Source of the DNA: an uncultured Gammaproteobacteria bacterium
GTDB taxonomy: Bacteria > Pseudomonadota > Gammaproteobacteria > Steroidobacterales > Steroidobacteraceae
DNA: 64,000 nucleotides
Assembly (NCBI GenBank): GCA_963812195.1
Contig: CAWEUI010000008.1
Span: 70,622-134,621, forward strand
Direction: 5' to 3'
The notes below the pieces were generated by a model that worked only from the letters and a program-made list of their open reading frames with translations, searched no databases and was not told where the DNA came from. This document shows positions 38,761-48,637 of this stretch, in pieces. How positions within the stretch are numbered: position 1 is the stretch's first letter; every line of letters starts with the position of its first letter. The position numbers and the translations under genes were made by a program.

Positions 38761-41508
38761 CTAGCCCGTCGTCTGCAGCCCCTGTGCGATGCCGCTGACG
38801 CTGGCCAGCAGGGCCTGCAGCATATCCTCGTCCTCCCGACCGGTTGCGCGCCAGCGCCTGAGCAGGTCCACCTGCATCAGATTCATCGGGTCGACGTATG
38901 GATTGCGTAGCTGGATGGAACGCTGCTGCGTCGGGTCACCGTCGAGCAGCTCGGTCTCGCCCTTGATGGCAAGTATGGCATCGCGACATTGCCCGTATTC
39001 GGCGCGCAGCGTGTCCAGGTAGCCACGCAACGGCGTGGATGCGAGCTCGGCATAACGTTCGGTGATGGCGAAATCCGTGCGCGCCAGCTGGCCCTCGATG
39101 TCATCGAACAGCAACGTGAACAAAGGCCATTGCTCGTACAGCCCGCGCAATGCGGCCAGCCCGTCCGAAGCCAGCGACTCCTGCAGCGCCGTACCGACGC
39201 CATACCAGCCGGGCAAAAAGCAGCGCACCTGCGCCCAGGCGAACACCCAGGGCGTGGAGCGGATCGCCAGCGCGCCGGTACCGCTGCGTTCCCACAGCGA
39301 ACGCGAGCCGATCTGCATGCGCTCGATGACGTCAATCGGCGTCGCGCTGCGGAAGAAATCGTTGAATCGCCGGTCGTCCACGCTGAGCGCGCGCCATACG
39401 GACTGGCTGCGCGAGGCCAGCCGGGCGGCAAGCTCGTGGTGGGCGGCCGATTCCTTCGCTGCCGTCCCCTTGCGGCGGGCCAGCGTGGCCAGACCCAGCA
39501 CGCCGAAAGCGCGTTCCAGCGTGCGCAGCGCCGTGACCCGCAGACCGTAGTTCTGGTTGATGGTCTCGCCCTGCTCGGTGATCGACAGCAGTCCGTCGAC
39601 GGTATCGGCGGGCGCAATGCGCACGAGCGCGTCCAGCCGCGCGCCGCCGCGCGCGGTGCTGCCGCCACGCGCATGCTGCAGATGAATGGGCACACCGGCC
39701 CGCGCCGCTGCGACGTCCAGACTGCGTTGTGCGTCATATGCGACCACCCGCATGGCCATGTAGCCGCATTCACGGCCTGCCTCGGAGTACCCGATCAACA
39801 CCGGTTGCGGCTTGGCGCGGGCACGCAGGTGTTCCCGATAGGCAGGATGGGCCAGCAGGTCACTGAGGATATTGCCCGCCGAGGACAGGCTGGCAACGGA
39901 ACCGAACAGTGGCGCGAAATCCAGGCCCACGGTGCCGGCCCGCCGGTCGTCGACTCCGGCCCAGCGTGCCAGCACCAACGGCGCGAGAATATCGTCCACG
40001 CCTTCGACTGCTCCGACGATGTAGGTGCCGATGGCGCGCGGGCCGTAGCGCCCGCGGCACTGCATGGCGGCCTCGAAGACGGCCAGCGTGCGTTTGGACA
40101 GCGCATCCAGCGGCGCGGACGGCCCGGCGTCCCGGCGCAGGATATCCGACAGCCGCGCGATGCGATCCGCGGAGGTGCGGTGCATCCAGCCGGCATCGTC
40201 GATCCCCTGCGCGATCACGCGGTGATGGACATCGGCACTCTGCTTCAGATCCAGGGTGGCCAGATGGAACCCGAAGGTATCCACCCGCAGCATCAACCGG
40301 CGAACGAGCTGGTAGCCGGCATGCAGTCCGCGATTGGCCTTGAGGCTCTCTGCCGCGAGCACCAGATCCGCCCGGAACTGTTCGACGCGCTCGTAGCCAC
40401 CGGCATGGGATTGCCAGGTCTGGCGCAATCTCTCGGCCACCTGCGCGAAGAACACGCGATACGGCATCTGGTCATGCCGGGCCGGGGCCACGGAACGCGC
40501 GCCGGGCAGCAGCACCATGTATTCGTCGATGCGGCGACGCAAGTCGACCGATACAGCCACGCGGCTGGCGCTCTGGGACAGCAATTGCGACAGGTGCTGG
40601 CAGTCGGCAAAGTATTGATTGACGATCACCTGCTGGTGCCGCGACAAGGTCTCGCGAATCGTCTTCGCGTGAACGTCCGGGGCGCCCTGCATGTCCCCGC
40701 CCACCCAGCTGCCGAAGCGCAGCACGACCGGCGGATCCACATTCGAAACATCCCTGCCCCACAGGTTTTGCAGGGCGGCGCCGACCTCCTCGTAGAACTG
40801 GGGCACGATCCGGTACATCACCTCGGCCAGATGAAACAGCGCGAACTCGCGCTCGTCCGCCACCGTGAGGCTCTGCCGCGGATGTTCCTCGGTCTGCCAG
40901 CCGGTGGTGATCTCGGTGCGCAGCCGCGCCCACACGTGGCGCTGTTCAGTGGGATCGAGTTTGGGGTTGAGTCGGTCCAGCAAGGCATCCGCCATGCGCT
41001 GCAGGCGCCGCAATTGCGTGCGACGGGTCGACTCGGTCGGATGGGAGATGAACACCGGCTCGATGGTGAGGCTGCCCAGCAGCTGCAGCACTTCCTCGAT
41101 GGATAATCCCTGCGCCTTGATCTGTGCCAGTGAGTCCTCGATGCCTCCGGGCTGGGGCTTGCCGCCATCGGCCAGGAAGTATTCGCGGCGACGGCGTATG
41201 CGGTGCGCCTTCTCGGCCAGGTTCACCGCCTGAAACCATGTGGAGAAGGCCCGCACCAGGTCGCGCGCCAGCGCCGGCTCCCGGCCCGCCACCCGCGCCT
41301 GCAATGCCAGTGCGTTCTCGCCCTCGTGATCGCGCCGCTCGATGGCCGCCCGACGATCCCCCTCCACCAGGTTGTAGAGGTCCTCGCCACCCTGCTCGCG
41401 CAGCATTTCACCGACCATGGCACCCAGCTGGTGCACGTCCTCGCGCAACGCCAGATGCTTGGGCGGAAACTGGATCTGATGGCGGTCCACGGGCCCCGAA
41501 TCATACAC
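38761..41508 (-). CDS. ppc: phosphoenolpyruvate carboxylase
   Basis: ORF 38761-41595 carries LREDVHQLGAMVGEMLREQ, LVRAFSTWFQAVNLAEKAHRIRRRREY and a C-terminal GIAQGLQTTG. The start is ambiguous (GTG 41508, GTG 41490 or ATG 41580). I list 41508. Confidence 0.92.
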   Translation of the reverse strand: MYDSGPVDRHQIQFPPKHLALREDVHQLGAMVGEMLREQGGEDLYNLVEGDRRAAIERRDHEGENALALQARVAGREPALARDLVRAFSTWFQAVNLAEKAHRIRRRREYFLADGGKPQPGGIEDSLAQIKAQGLSIEEVLQLLGSLTIEPVFISHPTESTRRTQLRRLQRMADALLDRLNPKLDPTEQRHVWARLRTEITTGWQTEEHPRQSLTVADEREFALFHLAEVMYRIVPQFYEEVGAALQNLWGRDVSNVDPPVVLRFGSWVGGDMQGAPDVHAKTIRETLSRHQQVIVNQYFADCQHLSQLLSQSASRVAVSVDLRRRIDEYMVLLPGARSVAPARHDQMPYRVFFAQVAERLRQTWQSHAGGYERVEQFRADLVLAAESLKANRGLHAGYQLVRRLMLRVDTFGFHLATLDLKQSADVHHRVIAQGIDDAGWMHRTSADRIARLSDILRRDAGPSAPLDALSKRTLAVFEAAMQCRGRYGPRAIGTYIVGAVEGVDDILAPLVLARWAGVDDRRAGTVGLDFAPLFGSVASLSSAGNILSDLLAHPAYREHLRARAKPQPVLIGYSEAGRECGYMAMRVVAYDAQRSLDVAAARAGVPIHLQHARGGSTARGGARLDALVRIAPADTVDGLLSITEQGETINQNYGLRVTALRTLERAFGVLGLATLARRKGTAAKESAAHHELAARLASRSQSVWRALSVDDRRFNDFFRSATPIDVIERMQIGSRSLWERSGTGALAIRSTPWVFAWAQVRCFLPGWYGVGTALQESLASDGLAALRGLYEQWPLFTLLFDDIEGQLARTDFAITERYAELASTPLRGYLDTLRAEYGQCRDAILAIKGETELLDGDPTQQRSIQLRNPYVDPMNLMQVDLLRRWRATGREDEDMLQALLASVSGIAQGLQTTG

Positions 41509-41518
41509 TGGCAGGCAG

Positions 41519-42418
41519 ATGCCGCCCGCCACCGCGCCACGCTCCAGCACCGGATTCCTTTTTGCGGGCAGCGCCGCCATCCTGTTCGCCAGCAAGGGCC
41601 TGTTCGTGAAGCTGCTGGCCGCGCGTGGCGTGGACTACCTGACCATGACCATGGTCAGGGGACTGTTGGCGCTGCCCCTGTACACGGGCCTTGCGCTGTG
41701 GCGCGGCGTGGATCTGCGGCGCGCACCCCTGCGGATGCTGGCACTGGCCGCGCTGGCCGGTGCCCTGGGCTACGGCGTCGGCGCACTGGTGGATTTCCGG
41801 GCGCTGGAAATGATCGACGTCAGCGTCGAGCGCGCGCTGCTGTTCAGCTACCCGGCGCTGATCGTCGCGTGGCGGGCCATCACGCTGCGCCGGCGGCCAC
41901 GCCCGAGCGTGTTGTTTGCGCTGACTGCCACCTACGCCGGCATCCTGCTGGTGGTTGGCGGCTTCGATGCCGCGCTGTGGCGCCAGAATCTGCTTGGCGC
42001 CCTGCTGGTGCTGACCTGCGCGGCGTGCATCGCCTGCTACTTCCTGCTGGGCGAGCGCTGCATCGGCCAGCTGGGCAGCAGCGGCTTCACCATGGTCGCG
42101 CTGGGTTCCGCGGCCCTGTTCGTGCTGCTGGCGTTCATCGCACGGCGGTCGACGGCGGCGGTCGCGGCGCTGGACCTGCACGACTGGCTGCTGCTCATCG
42201 CCCTGGCCGTGCTGTGCATGTTCCTGCCCACGGTGTTCCAGGCCGCCGCCATCAGCCGCATCGGGGCCGAACACGGTGCGCTGGCCAGCACCGTCGGCCC
42301 GCCGGCTGCGCTGTTGCTCGGCGTGCTGGCGCTGGGCGAGCGGCCGGACATCTGGCAGCTGGCCGGCACCACCGTCATCGTGATCGCAATCCTGCTGATC
42401 GCGCGCGAACGGCCCTGA
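41519..42418 (+). CDS. EamA/DMT-family transporter
   Basis: A 299-aa protein with ten hydrophobic helices in two EamA-like halves. It is divergent from ppc with almost no spacer. Confidence 0.85.
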   Translation: MPPATAPRSSTGFLFAGSAAILFASKGLFVKLLAARGVDYLTMTMVRGLLALPLYTGLALWRGVDLRRAPLRMLALAALAGALGYGVGALVDFRALEMIDVSVERALLFSYPALIVAWRAITLRRRPRPSVLFALTATYAGILLVVGGFDAALWRQNLLGALLVLTCAACIACYFLLGERCIGQLGSSGFTMVALGSAALFVLLAFIARRSTAAVAALDLHDWLLLIALAVLCMFLPTVFQAAAISRIGAEHGALASTVGPPAALLLGVLALGERPDIWQLAGTTVIVIAILLIARERP

Positions 42419-42427
42419 TCGGGGTGC

Positions 42428-43822
42428 TCAGCCCTGCCCGAGCAACGGCGCGATCGCCGGCTTGGTCTGGATCAGTATCTGCCTGATGAGCTCGCGCTCA
42501 CCAGCGGGTATGGCGGCCGATATGCCGGTGGTATCGCGGCCCTGCAGGATCTCGGCGATGCGCGAATAGATGTACTCGAGCGCGTACTGCGGCAACGCGT
42601 CGAACTGCGCGGAGTAGATCTCGTAGCTCAAGGGGTGGCGCAGCAGCCGCGTGTTCAGGTCCAGTTCCCGCAGGGATCTGCCCTTGGAGTCCTTCGGCCC
42701 AGCCTCCGCAAAACGCTCCGCGAAGCCGCTGCCGCCCTTGATGGGGCTGCCGTAGGGGGCCGCGCCCTGGAAGAACAGCGCGCGCACCAGTGGTTCCATC
42801 ATCTGGCGCAACCGCTTCTGGTCCGTGGGGCTCACGTCCTGCCAGGTCCGCGGCGCCTGACTGGCCGATTCGCCCGCTCCGGATGCATCACCTTCGCGCG
42901 AGATGATCGTTCGCACCTTGAAATCGACGCGGGTGATGAGGTTCTGCACGTAGGTCTGGTGCTCCAGCACCAGCAGGGCCACCACGTCGCTCTTGTCCGT
43001 CAACCAGTGCGAAGTGTCCAGGTACGCCTTCACGTCGGGAATGTTCAGGCGTTTGCCCCGCAACTTGCGCAGGATGTCGTTGGATGGCTCTTCGCGCAAC
43101 GGCAGATTGCCGAAATGCGTCTGCGTGCCGGTATCGCCGGTTACGAACCACCCGCCCCAGCGCTGCGCCAGTGGCGTGCGGTCGTCGGTCTCGTCCGCGG
43201 AACTGTAGGTACGCGTGTCGGTGGGGTCGTCCACCGGCGCCGAAAGCTCCATCAGCCGCGGCACGCCCCCACCCATCATCGAAAAGGTGTCGTGGCAGGT
43301 CAGGCAGCGGCCGCCCTCGCGCTCCATGTGCGTCGGTGCCCCACCCTTTTCGTTGTCGAAGGCATAAAAGACGGCTCCCTTTTCGCTGTCGATGGTCGCC
43401 AGCTCGATCAGCGTGGAATTCTGCACATAGCCAACGTAGGTGTCGTCGTTGAAGTAGACCGCACGCGGCGCGTGCCCGGAGATGTGCTCGACCTGCAGGC
43501 TGGTGCGCGAGAACACCAGCACCTGGGAATCCTGATTGATATCCAGCGCCTTCAGCAAAGAGCGCAGGTAGCCGAAATGCGGCTCCCAGGTGAACGTGAG
43601 CGCACCGCTTTCCAGCTTCTGCTGCATGTCCCAGACCCGGTTGTGCGTGGCCGGACCGGAATAGGCGATGACCGGGTATTCGGTGTCGTAGCGCGTGGGC
43701 GCGCGCAGCCGCGCCGGATCCGGCGCGGGCGTAGTGGACGTGGCGGCCACGCCCGCCTGCGCGAAAATGGCCATCGCGAGCCCGGCGGCCAGCAGTCTCG
43801 AAAAGCGGTCCAGCATGTTCAA
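42428..43822 (-). CDS. secreted hypothetical protein with a single CxxCH motif
   Basis: A 464-aa protein with signal peptide MNMLDRFSRLLAAGLAMAIFAQAGVAA. Its only heme-type motif is GGRCLTCHDTFSMMGG. I recognise no domain family. Confidence 0.75.
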   Translation of the reverse strand: MNMLDRFSRLLAAGLAMAIFAQAGVAATSTTPAPDPARLRAPTRYDTEYPVIAYSGPATHNRVWDMQQKLESGALTFTWEPHFGYLRSLLKALDINQDSQVLVFSRTSLQVEHISGHAPRAVYFNDDTYVGYVQNSTLIELATIDSEKGAVFYAFDNEKGGAPTHMEREGGRCLTCHDTFSMMGGGVPRLMELSAPVDDPTDTRTYSSADETDDRTPLAQRWGGWFVTGDTGTQTHFGNLPLREEPSNDILRKLRGKRLNIPDVKAYLDTSHWLTDKSDVVALLVLEHQTYVQNLITRVDFKVRTIISREGDASGAGESASQAPRTWQDVSPTDQKRLRQMMEPLVRALFFQGAAPYGSPIKGGSGFAERFAEAGPKDSKGRSLRELDLNTRLLRHPLSYEIYSAQFDALPQYALEYIYSRIAEILQGRDTTGISAAIPAGERELIRQILIQTKPAIAPLLGQG

Positions 43823-43862
43823 TCGACCCGTCTACAGCCTGTCCGGTTCCCCAGGGGCACGG

Positions 43863-45851
43863 CTAGCCGGCCAGCAGCACGGATTCGGCGTGCTCGATGG
43901 CCTGTGGCGGACCGTATACCACCAGCACATCCCCGCCCCGCAGCACCGCCGAATCATCCGGGTCGCGGCCGGTGATGCCCTGGCGGCGCAGGGCCGTGTA
44001 GGCCACCTCCACGCCCTGGGAGCGAACCTCCGCGAGCGTCCTGCCCACCGCCCAGGCGCGCGGCGGGATCACGATCGAGGAGATGCCCTCCTCGGTGCCC
44101 TCGCCTTCCACTGCGCCACCCGGCGTGTAGGGCAGCAGCACGCTGCGCAGCGTGGCATAGCGGGCGTGACGGATTTCATCCATGGTCCTGACGACCCGCG
44201 AGATCGACACATTCAGCAGCATCAGCGTCTGCGCGGCCAGCATCAGGCTGGCCTCGAACGTCTCGGGCACGACTTCGGTGGCGCCGACCGCGCGCAATTC
44301 GTCGATGCCGGCATCGTCGGCGGTGCGCACCAGCACCGGGACGTCGCCGCGCAGCCGGCGAACCGAGCGCACGATGGCCATGGACACGGCCGGATCAGCG
44401 AAGCTGACGACCACCGCACTGGCACTGGCCAGGCCGCAACCCTCCAGCACATCCTCGTTGGCCGAGTCCCCGAAGATCACGGCATGGCCGGCCTGGCGCG
44501 CCGGCGCCACGCGGCGCGGATCCAGGTCCACGGCGATGTACTCGAAGCCCTGCGATTCCAGCACGCGCGCGATGTTCTGCCCGACACGCCCGTATCCGCA
44601 CAGGATGACGTGTTCGCGGCGCGCCACCTCGCGGGTGGCCGCGTCCTCGCGTTCCACCGAGCGCATTGGTGGCCCCTTCTCGCGAAGCACAAAGCGCGCC
44701 AGCGGCTTGTTGTAGCGGATACCGAATGGCGCGAGCAGCATCGTGATTACCAGCGACAGCAGCAACGGCTGCAGCACCGCGTTGGGAGCCACCGAATTCG
44801 GCGCCTTGATCAGCAGCGTCAGCAATGCGATGCCGAATTCCCCGCCACCGCCGTGCAACAAGCCGGTTCGCAGCGCCTTGAACCAGCTCGGCACGAAGCC
44901 GCGCACGGCCAGCACCGCCGTGAGCACCTTGAGCACGACGAGCCCGACCACGATCGCCGACACCAGCAGGAACTGCGCGCGCATCAGCTGCACGTCCAGC
45001 AGCATGCCCACCGAGATGAAGAACAGACCCAGCAGCAATTCGCGGAACGGCCGGATCACGGCCTCCACCTGGTGGCGGTACTCGGTTTCGGCGAGCAGCA
45101 TGCCGGCCAGGAATCCGCCCAATGCCAGCGATAGGCCGGCGTGCTCGGTCACCCAGGCCGATGCCAGCACCACGAACAGCACCGCCAGCGTGAACAGCTC
45201 GCGCAGCCGGCTGTTGGCGATCTCCACGAACAGCGGACGCATCAGGTAGCGGCCGGCCAGCAACACGATCAGCAACGCGGCGAATCCGGCCGCCACCGCC
45301 CTGGCGATGCCGGCCATGTCGAAATGCGCGGCGGTGCCGTCGGCCAGCGCGCTGGCCAGCGCCAGCAGCGGCACAAAGGCCAGATCCTGGAACAGCAGGA
45401 TGGCAAAGGTGAGCCGCCCGTGGGTGCGGTTCAGTTCCGCCTGCTCGGTTAGCTGGCGGATCACGATTGCGGTGGAGGACATGGAAAGCGCGCCACCAAT
45501 CAACAGCGACACCAGCCAGGAGAGCCCCAGGGCGCGGCCGATACCCACGAACAGCGCCACGGTGAGCAGCACCTGCGCCGCGCCGAGACCGAACACCTCG
45601 CGGCGCATTGCCACCATGCGCGGCCACGAGAATTCCAGCCCCAGCGTGAACAGCAGAAACACGACGCCGATTTCTGCCAGCAAACGGATGCGTTCGGTGT
45701 CGTCGAGGATGCCCAGCACATAGGGCCCGACCAGCACCCCGACCGCGAGGTAGCCCAGCACCGGCGAGAGGCCGACCCGGCGTGCGAGCGCGACCACCAG
45801 CACGGCGGCCAGCAGCAGAGCCAGTATCTGGGTCAGTGGATCGTTGAGCAT
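43863..45851 (-). CDS. CPA2-family monovalent cation:proton antiporter with TrkA-N/TrkA-C (RCK) domains (KefB/YbaL-like)
   Basis: A 662-aa protein with an N-terminal 12-13 TM Na_H_exchanger-type region, then ILCGYGRVGQNIARVL (Rossmann GxGxxG) and a C-terminal TrkA-C-like segment. Confidence 0.9.
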   Translation of the reverse strand: MLNDPLTQILALLLAAVLVVALARRVGLSPVLGYLAVGVLVGPYVLGILDDTERIRLLAEIGVVFLLFTLGLEFSWPRMVAMRREVFGLGAAQVLLTVALFVGIGRALGLSWLVSLLIGGALSMSSTAIVIRQLTEQAELNRTHGRLTFAILLFQDLAFVPLLALASALADGTAAHFDMAGIARAVAAGFAALLIVLLAGRYLMRPLFVEIANSRLRELFTLAVLFVVLASAWVTEHAGLSLALGGFLAGMLLAETEYRHQVEAVIRPFRELLLGLFFISVGMLLDVQLMRAQFLLVSAIVVGLVVLKVLTAVLAVRGFVPSWFKALRTGLLHGGGGEFGIALLTLLIKAPNSVAPNAVLQPLLLSLVITMLLAPFGIRYNKPLARFVLREKGPPMRSVEREDAATREVARREHVILCGYGRVGQNIARVLESQGFEYIAVDLDPRRVAPARQAGHAVIFGDSANEDVLEGCGLASASAVVVSFADPAVSMAIVRSVRRLRGDVPVLVRTADDAGIDELRAVGATEVVPETFEASLMLAAQTLMLLNVSISRVVRTMDEIRHARYATLRSVLLPYTPGGAVEGEGTEEGISSIVIPPRAWAVGRTLAEVRSQGVEVAYTALRRQGITGRDPDDSAVLRGGDVLVVYGPPQAIEHAESVLLAG

Positions 45852-45878
45852 CGACCCGCAGAATAGCCGAAGCGCGGC

Positions 45879-45904
45879 ATGCGCCGCCTCATGCGGCGGC
45901 GCAT
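45879..45904 (-). terminator. candidate hairpin terminator after the TonB-like gene
   Basis: ATGCGCCGC (45879-45887) pairs with GCGGCGCAT (45896-45904) across an 8-nt loop, 3 nt downstream of the stop at 45907. No clear U-tract follows. Confidence 0.3.
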
Positions 45905-45906
45905 CG

Positions 45907-46809
45907 TCAGCCCGGGAAGAACTCGATGGGCTTGGTGAAAGTGGTGGAAACGAAGTCGCCCGCGCCGAACTGGATCAGCCTGACCCGCGCGACGATCTTG
46001 CGCTCCAGATCCTTGTCATCGAGCTCACTGGACACCACCCGGCAGGCGGTGACTTCACCGGAAGGGGCAACAGTTACCTCCAGCACCAGTTTGCCCTGCA
46101 ACTGCGGGCGCGCGCGCAATGCGCGCGTATAGAGCGCATAAAGCGCACCCTTGTTGCGGTCGAATTCCTCTTCGAAGCTCTCCTGACTGCGCTTGCCCTT
46201 GCCGCTGGCGCTCTGGCCGCCCTTGTCGGCGCCGGCAATGGCCGCCACGCTGGATGTCACTGTGCTGGCGGCGTGCGTACCCAACGCCCCGGCGCCTCCA
46301 CCAAACCCGCGGCTGCTGGTGGCCGCGGCCACACCCGTGCTGCCGGTACCTGCCCTGGAGGCGATCAGATTGCGCTCCGAGCGCGACTGGGCGTCGATCC
46401 GGCCGGTGGTGAGGTTGCGGGTATTGGGCAGATCGGCGAATTCACTGCGCAGATCGGCCAGTTCGTCACGTACGCGCGAGAGGCGCTTCTCGGCCTTCTG
46501 GCGCGCCTGTTCCACGCGTTTCTCGCGCGGCACCGGCTTGGGCTCTTCCTTGGGCTTTTCCTGCTCCAGCGGCCTTGGGGGCGGGGGTGGCGGCGGTTTG
46601 GGCCGCTCCTGCACCATCAGTCGCGCCAGGCGCTCGGGCACCTCCGGCACGGCCTGCTCCACCACCGGCTTGGGAATCCACGGCAGGATGGCCGAGAACA
46701 GCACGAACAACACCAGGCCGATGATCAAATAGCGGCGGAAACGATTGTTCGCGTCCGGATCGCCCTCCCAGGGCAGATCGAAGCGGCGGTAGTAAGGGGC
46801 GAGCACCAT
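45907..46809 (-). CDS. TonB-like energy transducer (TM anchor, poly-Pro spacer, TonB-C/AgmX-PglI-like C-terminal domain)
   Basis: A 300-aa protein with anchor YLIIGLVLFVLFSAILPWI and spacer ERPKPPPPPPPRPLEQEKPKEEPKPVP. The C-terminus reads ALYALYTRALRARPQLQGKLVLEVTVAPSGEVTACRVVSSEL. Confidence 0.8.
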   Translation of the reverse strand: MVLAPYYRRFDLPWEGDPDANNRFRRYLIIGLVLFVLFSAILPWIPKPVVEQAVPEVPERLARLMVQERPKPPPPPPPRPLEQEKPKEEPKPVPREKRVEQARQKAEKRLSRVRDELADLRSEFADLPNTRNLTTGRIDAQSRSERNLIASRAGTGSTGVAAATSSRGFGGGAGALGTHAASTVTSSVAAIAGADKGGQSASGKGKRSQESFEEEFDRNKGALYALYTRALRARPQLQGKLVLEVTVAPSGEVTACRVVSSELDDKDLERKIVARVRLIQFGAGDFVSTTFTKPIEFFPG

Positions 46810-46816
46810 GGGTTTG

Positions 46817-47338
46817 CTACCGCTGCCCGGCTGCCGGACCAGCCCCGAGGTCCACCGGTTTGTCTCTTTCGACCGCCGCGAAGGAGATCTTCGCGAAGTT
46901 GGCGGCGGTGGCCGTCTGCATCACCTTCTTCAGCACTTCATACGGCAGTGACTTGTCTGCCATCACGGTGATTTCCGGTTCCTTGTCGGCCGGCGCGCCG
47001 GCAATGCGCGGCCTGGACAACACCTTCTCCAGCGGCTTGTATATCGGCCCCTTGCTGGCGCGCAGGTCGGCAACGGTACCCACCTCCTGGCCCTGCACGA
47101 ACACTTCATCCCTGGTCAGCATCACCACCACGGTTTCATGCGGCTTGGCGGTCACGATGGATTGCGGGATCTCGATGCCCTTGCTGTTCTGGATCACTTC
47201 CACTTCGGTGGAATACACGAGCAGGAACGACACCAGCACCGACAGGATGTCGATCATCGGGATCAGGTTGAGTTCACCGGCTGCGCGGTTGCGCAGATGG
47301 TGCGTGAACATGCGGCGTGCGCGCTGGGACATCTTCAT
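46817..47338 (-). CDS. exbD: ExbD/TolR-family biopolymer transport protein, copy 2
   Basis: A 173-aa protein with ELNLIPMIDILSVLVSFLL (conserved TM Asp). It has a 4-nt overlap (ATGA) with the upstream exbD. Confidence 0.9.
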   Translation of the reverse strand: MKMSQRARRMFTHHLRNRAAGELNLIPMIDILSVLVSFLLVYSTEVEVIQNSKGIEIPQSIVTAKPHETVVVMLTRDEVFVQGQEVGTVADLRASKGPIYKPLEKVLSRPRIAGAPADKEPEITVMADKSLPYEVLKKVMQTATAANFAKISFAAVERDKPVDLGAGPAAGQR

Positions 47339-47856
47339 CGTTTGCCCGCCCGCACTTCGGCATCACCAAGTGAAACATCCGGAAACAATTCGGCCTGCAC
47401 CAGCTGCCCACCCTGGCGTTGTTCGACGATGCGCACCGTGTCCATCACGTGGACCAGATCGTCGTAGGGCACGTCCGGTTCCATCAGCAACGTGGCCTCG
47501 GTCATCTTGGGAAACCTGGCCTTGATCTGCTGCAGATAATCGGACAGCCCGGCCAGGTCGTAGTGCGCGGTACCAGTGAGGCTCGGGAAACTCTTCAGCG
47601 GGCCGGTCTTGCGATCCTGCACCACCAGGCCGGTCTTGCGCAGCACCACCTCGAGCACCAGCCCCGGCGGCAGATCCATCGGTGTGGAGCTCAGGCTCGG
47701 CAACTTCAGCTCCATGACCACGGTGCGGGAGAACACCGCGGTCATCAGCAGGAAGGTCACCAGCACGGTGAAGATGTCGATCATGGGCACGAGCAGCAGC
47801 TCCGCCGGCTTGCGGTGCTGCCGTTCGAGCTTGCGCATGGCGTAGCCGCGACGCAT
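47335..47856 (-). CDS. exbD: ExbD/TolR-family biopolymer transport protein, copy 1
   Basis: A 173-aa protein (or 167 aa from the Met at 47838) with ELLLVPMIDIFTVLVTFLL. Confidence 0.9.
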   Translation of the reverse strand: MRRGYAMRKLERQHRKPAELLLVPMIDIFTVLVTFLLMTAVFSRTVVMELKLPSLSSTPMDLPPGLVLEVVLRKTGLVVQDRKTGPLKSFPSLTGTAHYDLAGLSDYLQQIKARFPKMTEATLLMEPDVPYDDLVHVMDTVRIVEQRQGGQLVQAELFPDVSLGDAEVRAGKR

Positions 47857-47885
47857 GTGGGAGCGACCTTGTGGCTAGGAGTCGA

Positions 47886-48560
47886 TCAGGCCACGGCCGC
47901 GGACGATTCGGAGTCCCCGGTATCGATGACGCGCCGTTCCACGATGGAATTCAGGAACTTGACCGAGGCCATTTCCAGGCTGTCGATCAGCTCGGTGGTC
48001 TTGGTCTGCAGCACCGCATGGATGATCAGCAGCGGCACCGCCGTCATCAGACCAAAGGCCGTGCAGTTCATGGCCTCGGAAATCGAGGCCGACAGCAGGT
48101 TGGCCTTCTCGGCCGGATTGACCTGCGACACCGCGCTGAAGGCCTGGATCAGGCCCATCACGGTGCCGAGCAGGCCCAGCAGCGTGGCCAGGTTTGCAAA
48201 CGTGGCCAGGTAATGGGTGCGCTTTTCGAGCCTCGGCACGATGCCCATCAGGCTCTCCTCCATCGCCTTTTCCACGTCGTCACGCCGGCGGGCGCTGCCG
48301 ACGCGCGCCAGCCCGTAGGTGAGGATCTGGCCAATGGCCGCGGCGGACTTGGACGCCAGTTGTGCGGCGCCGCGGAAATTGCCGGCGCTGAGCAGCGGCT
48401 CCAGCTGCTTCCACAGCGACTGGTTACGACCGCGCGCCCAGGTCAGGTACAGGTAGCGTTCCACCGCAATGGCGATGCCGATTACACCGACCAGTGCGAT
48501 CGGAATCATGAAATGTCCGCCATCCTGGAAGAATTTGGCGATTCTGGAAATCACATCCAT
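47886..48560 (-). CDS. exbB: MotA/TolQ/ExbB proton-channel family protein
   Basis: ORF 47886-48593 trimmed to ATG 48560 (MDVISRIAKFFQDGGHFMIPIALVGVIGIAIAVERY). The C-terminal helices are LATFANLATLLGLLGTVMGLIQAF and TAFGLMTAVPLLIIH. Confidence 0.9.
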   Translation of the reverse strand: MDVISRIAKFFQDGGHFMIPIALVGVIGIAIAVERYLYLTWARGRNQSLWKQLEPLLSAGNFRGAAQLASKSAAAIGQILTYGLARVGSARRRDDVEKAMEESLMGIVPRLEKRTHYLATFANLATLLGLLGTVMGLIQAFSAVSQVNPAEKANLLSASISEAMNCTAFGLMTAVPLLIIHAVLQTKTTELIDSLEMASVKFLNSIVERRVIDTGDSESSAAVA

Positions 48561-48637
48561 CGAAAGCTCCCTGACTGAAATGGGGGGCCGCAATACCAGC
48601 CCACACGATGAAACTCTGACAGCATTTTTGCTGCGAC

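Noticed and set aside
36931-41106. Long plus-strand ORFs 36931-38910 (659 aa) and 38989-41106 (705 aa)
   Set aside because: They are antisense to cysI and ppc, both unmistakable conserved genes. Their translations are low-complexity and Arg/Ala/Gly/Pro-rich.
42635-45134. Plus-strand ORFs 42635-43975 (446 aa) and 43695-45134 (479 aa); the same applies to 57155-58372 (405 aa)
   Set aside because: They are shadow ORFs opposite the CxxCH protein, the CPA2 antiporter and the LamG lipoprotein genes.
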